Shown one piece after another: positions 62,816 through 64,000 of a DNA stretch of 64,000 nt; the stretch's first letter is position 1; each line of letters starts with the position of its first letter. A program made the position numbers and the translations under genes. The stretch is from Paragordius varius (lineage: Eukaryota; Animalia; Nematomorpha), in assembly GCA_964247055.1 (NCBI GenBank), contig OZ176058.1, forward strand, positions 1,054,001 through 1,118,000, given 5' to 3'. The notes beneath the pieces are model-generated. The model did not search any database. It had not been told where the DNA came from and saw nothing but the letters and a program-made list of their open reading frames with translations.

Positions 62816-64000
62816 TGTGATAAAATTTCTTATTTTATAATTATTGGGGAAATTTGATTTTTATACCTTTTATTTTTAACAAATAATTACACAAGTGCCA
62901 CATAAAACGGAATCATTGTTAATGTCAAAAACAAAAATGTTTTATCAAATATATAAAATGATAAATAGATGTCGTGTTTTATATCATTTCACTTTTAATA
63001 ATTAAAACATATATTGGAATTTTCCATCGATTCTTGTAACCATATTAGCACAATTTATAAAGCAATTATTTCTACAATTAAAAAATAAGATTTGCAAAGT
63101 AAAACCAGTATACATTTTGATTCATTACGCGCATTTCTTTTTCATTCAAACGCAACATTTTTTTCAATATGAAAAAACAATTTTTAACCGCTTAAACTCC
63201 TCCATATGAAAAACTTAATTTAACCCTTTTATTCAAATTGATGTAAATAAATACCACAGACTAAATTAATATAATATTTTTAAAAAACTACTTAAGGAAA
63301 TTGTTTTAATTTAAATTTATGCTTCTCTATCATAATAAAATAATATAATGGCAATTTACGGTCATGTAAAAAAATTTATTTTATCAAAAATTTGTTTTTT
63401 TGTCGTTAATGAGTATAAAAATTTGTTAAAGAATGGAAAAAAACCAGAGCTCTATGGTATTAACAATATCATATTCATAAAACATTTGTTTTTTTTTCGT
63501 TAAATGGGGGTATAAATATTTGGTAAAAAAAACAAGAGCATTATGGTATTAACAATATCATATTTATCAAAAAGTACCATAATGCTTTCCTATTTTTCCA
63601 TTCTTTACCCAATAATGCCCCCATTTAACGAAAACAAATTTTTGATAAAATAAAGCATATATAATGTATATAAATATAGAGTTTAGTTTTTTTCCTTTTT
63701 ATTAAAGGGTAATGACTTAAATTGTATCCGGACATGTGAAGTTGAATTGGAAAAAGATTTTTAATATATAGCATAGTAAACCATTTTTCACTGAAAAACA
63801 ACATTTATTTTAAAGCAAACGCAACATTTTTTCAACCATAGGCAACACTTTTTGAGTAGATTTTGTTTAACAAATGGCTCTTGATTGAATGAAAAAAAGA
63901 AAACAATTTTTTTCTAGATAAGGCAGTCCCTCCAAATTTTAGCGTAGAAGTAGCAAACATTAACAAAAATTTTTATTATATAAGTTTGTAATTTTTTCAG

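Noticed and set aside
63820-63960. Candidate for the missing first LSM14 coding exon
   Set aside because: No frame resembles PYIGSKISLISK..IRYEG; the exon probably lies beyond 64000.

Overview
Very AT-rich (roughly 20% GC by eye) eukaryotic DNA, most likely from an invertebrate animal; the species cannot be identified from the sequence. (1) 1-1.6 kb: the 5' end of a minus-strand Ty3/gypsy LTR retrotransposon with LTR, primer-binding site and an intact gag-protease ORF running off the left edge. (2) ~2-42 kb: a gene-poor region made mostly of a diverged, colinear tandem segmental duplication (~2.1-22.4 kb vs ~25.6-41.2 kb). It holds dozens of MITEs, a 4.1-kb near-perfect foldback palindrome, an older ~5-kb inverted-arm element and decayed RTE-type LINE fragments. 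(3) 43,051-62,446, minus strand: 13 in-phase coding exons of an LSM14/RAP55/Trailer-hitch/CAR-1 family P-body protein gene (LSm domain, long G/N/Y/Q low-complexity region, FDF and FFD boxes, RGG tail); the first coding exon lies beyond the window. The most unusual observation is that several of this gene's introns are largely built from tandem arrays of its own exon edges: acceptor plus 5' half-exon copies upstream of an exon, and 3' half-exon plus donor copies downstream, about 40 half-exon copies in all, a few of which could splice in frame. Three of its coding exons also carry six RFX X-box-like palindromes read in different frames. No tRNA, rRNA or CRISPR array was found.
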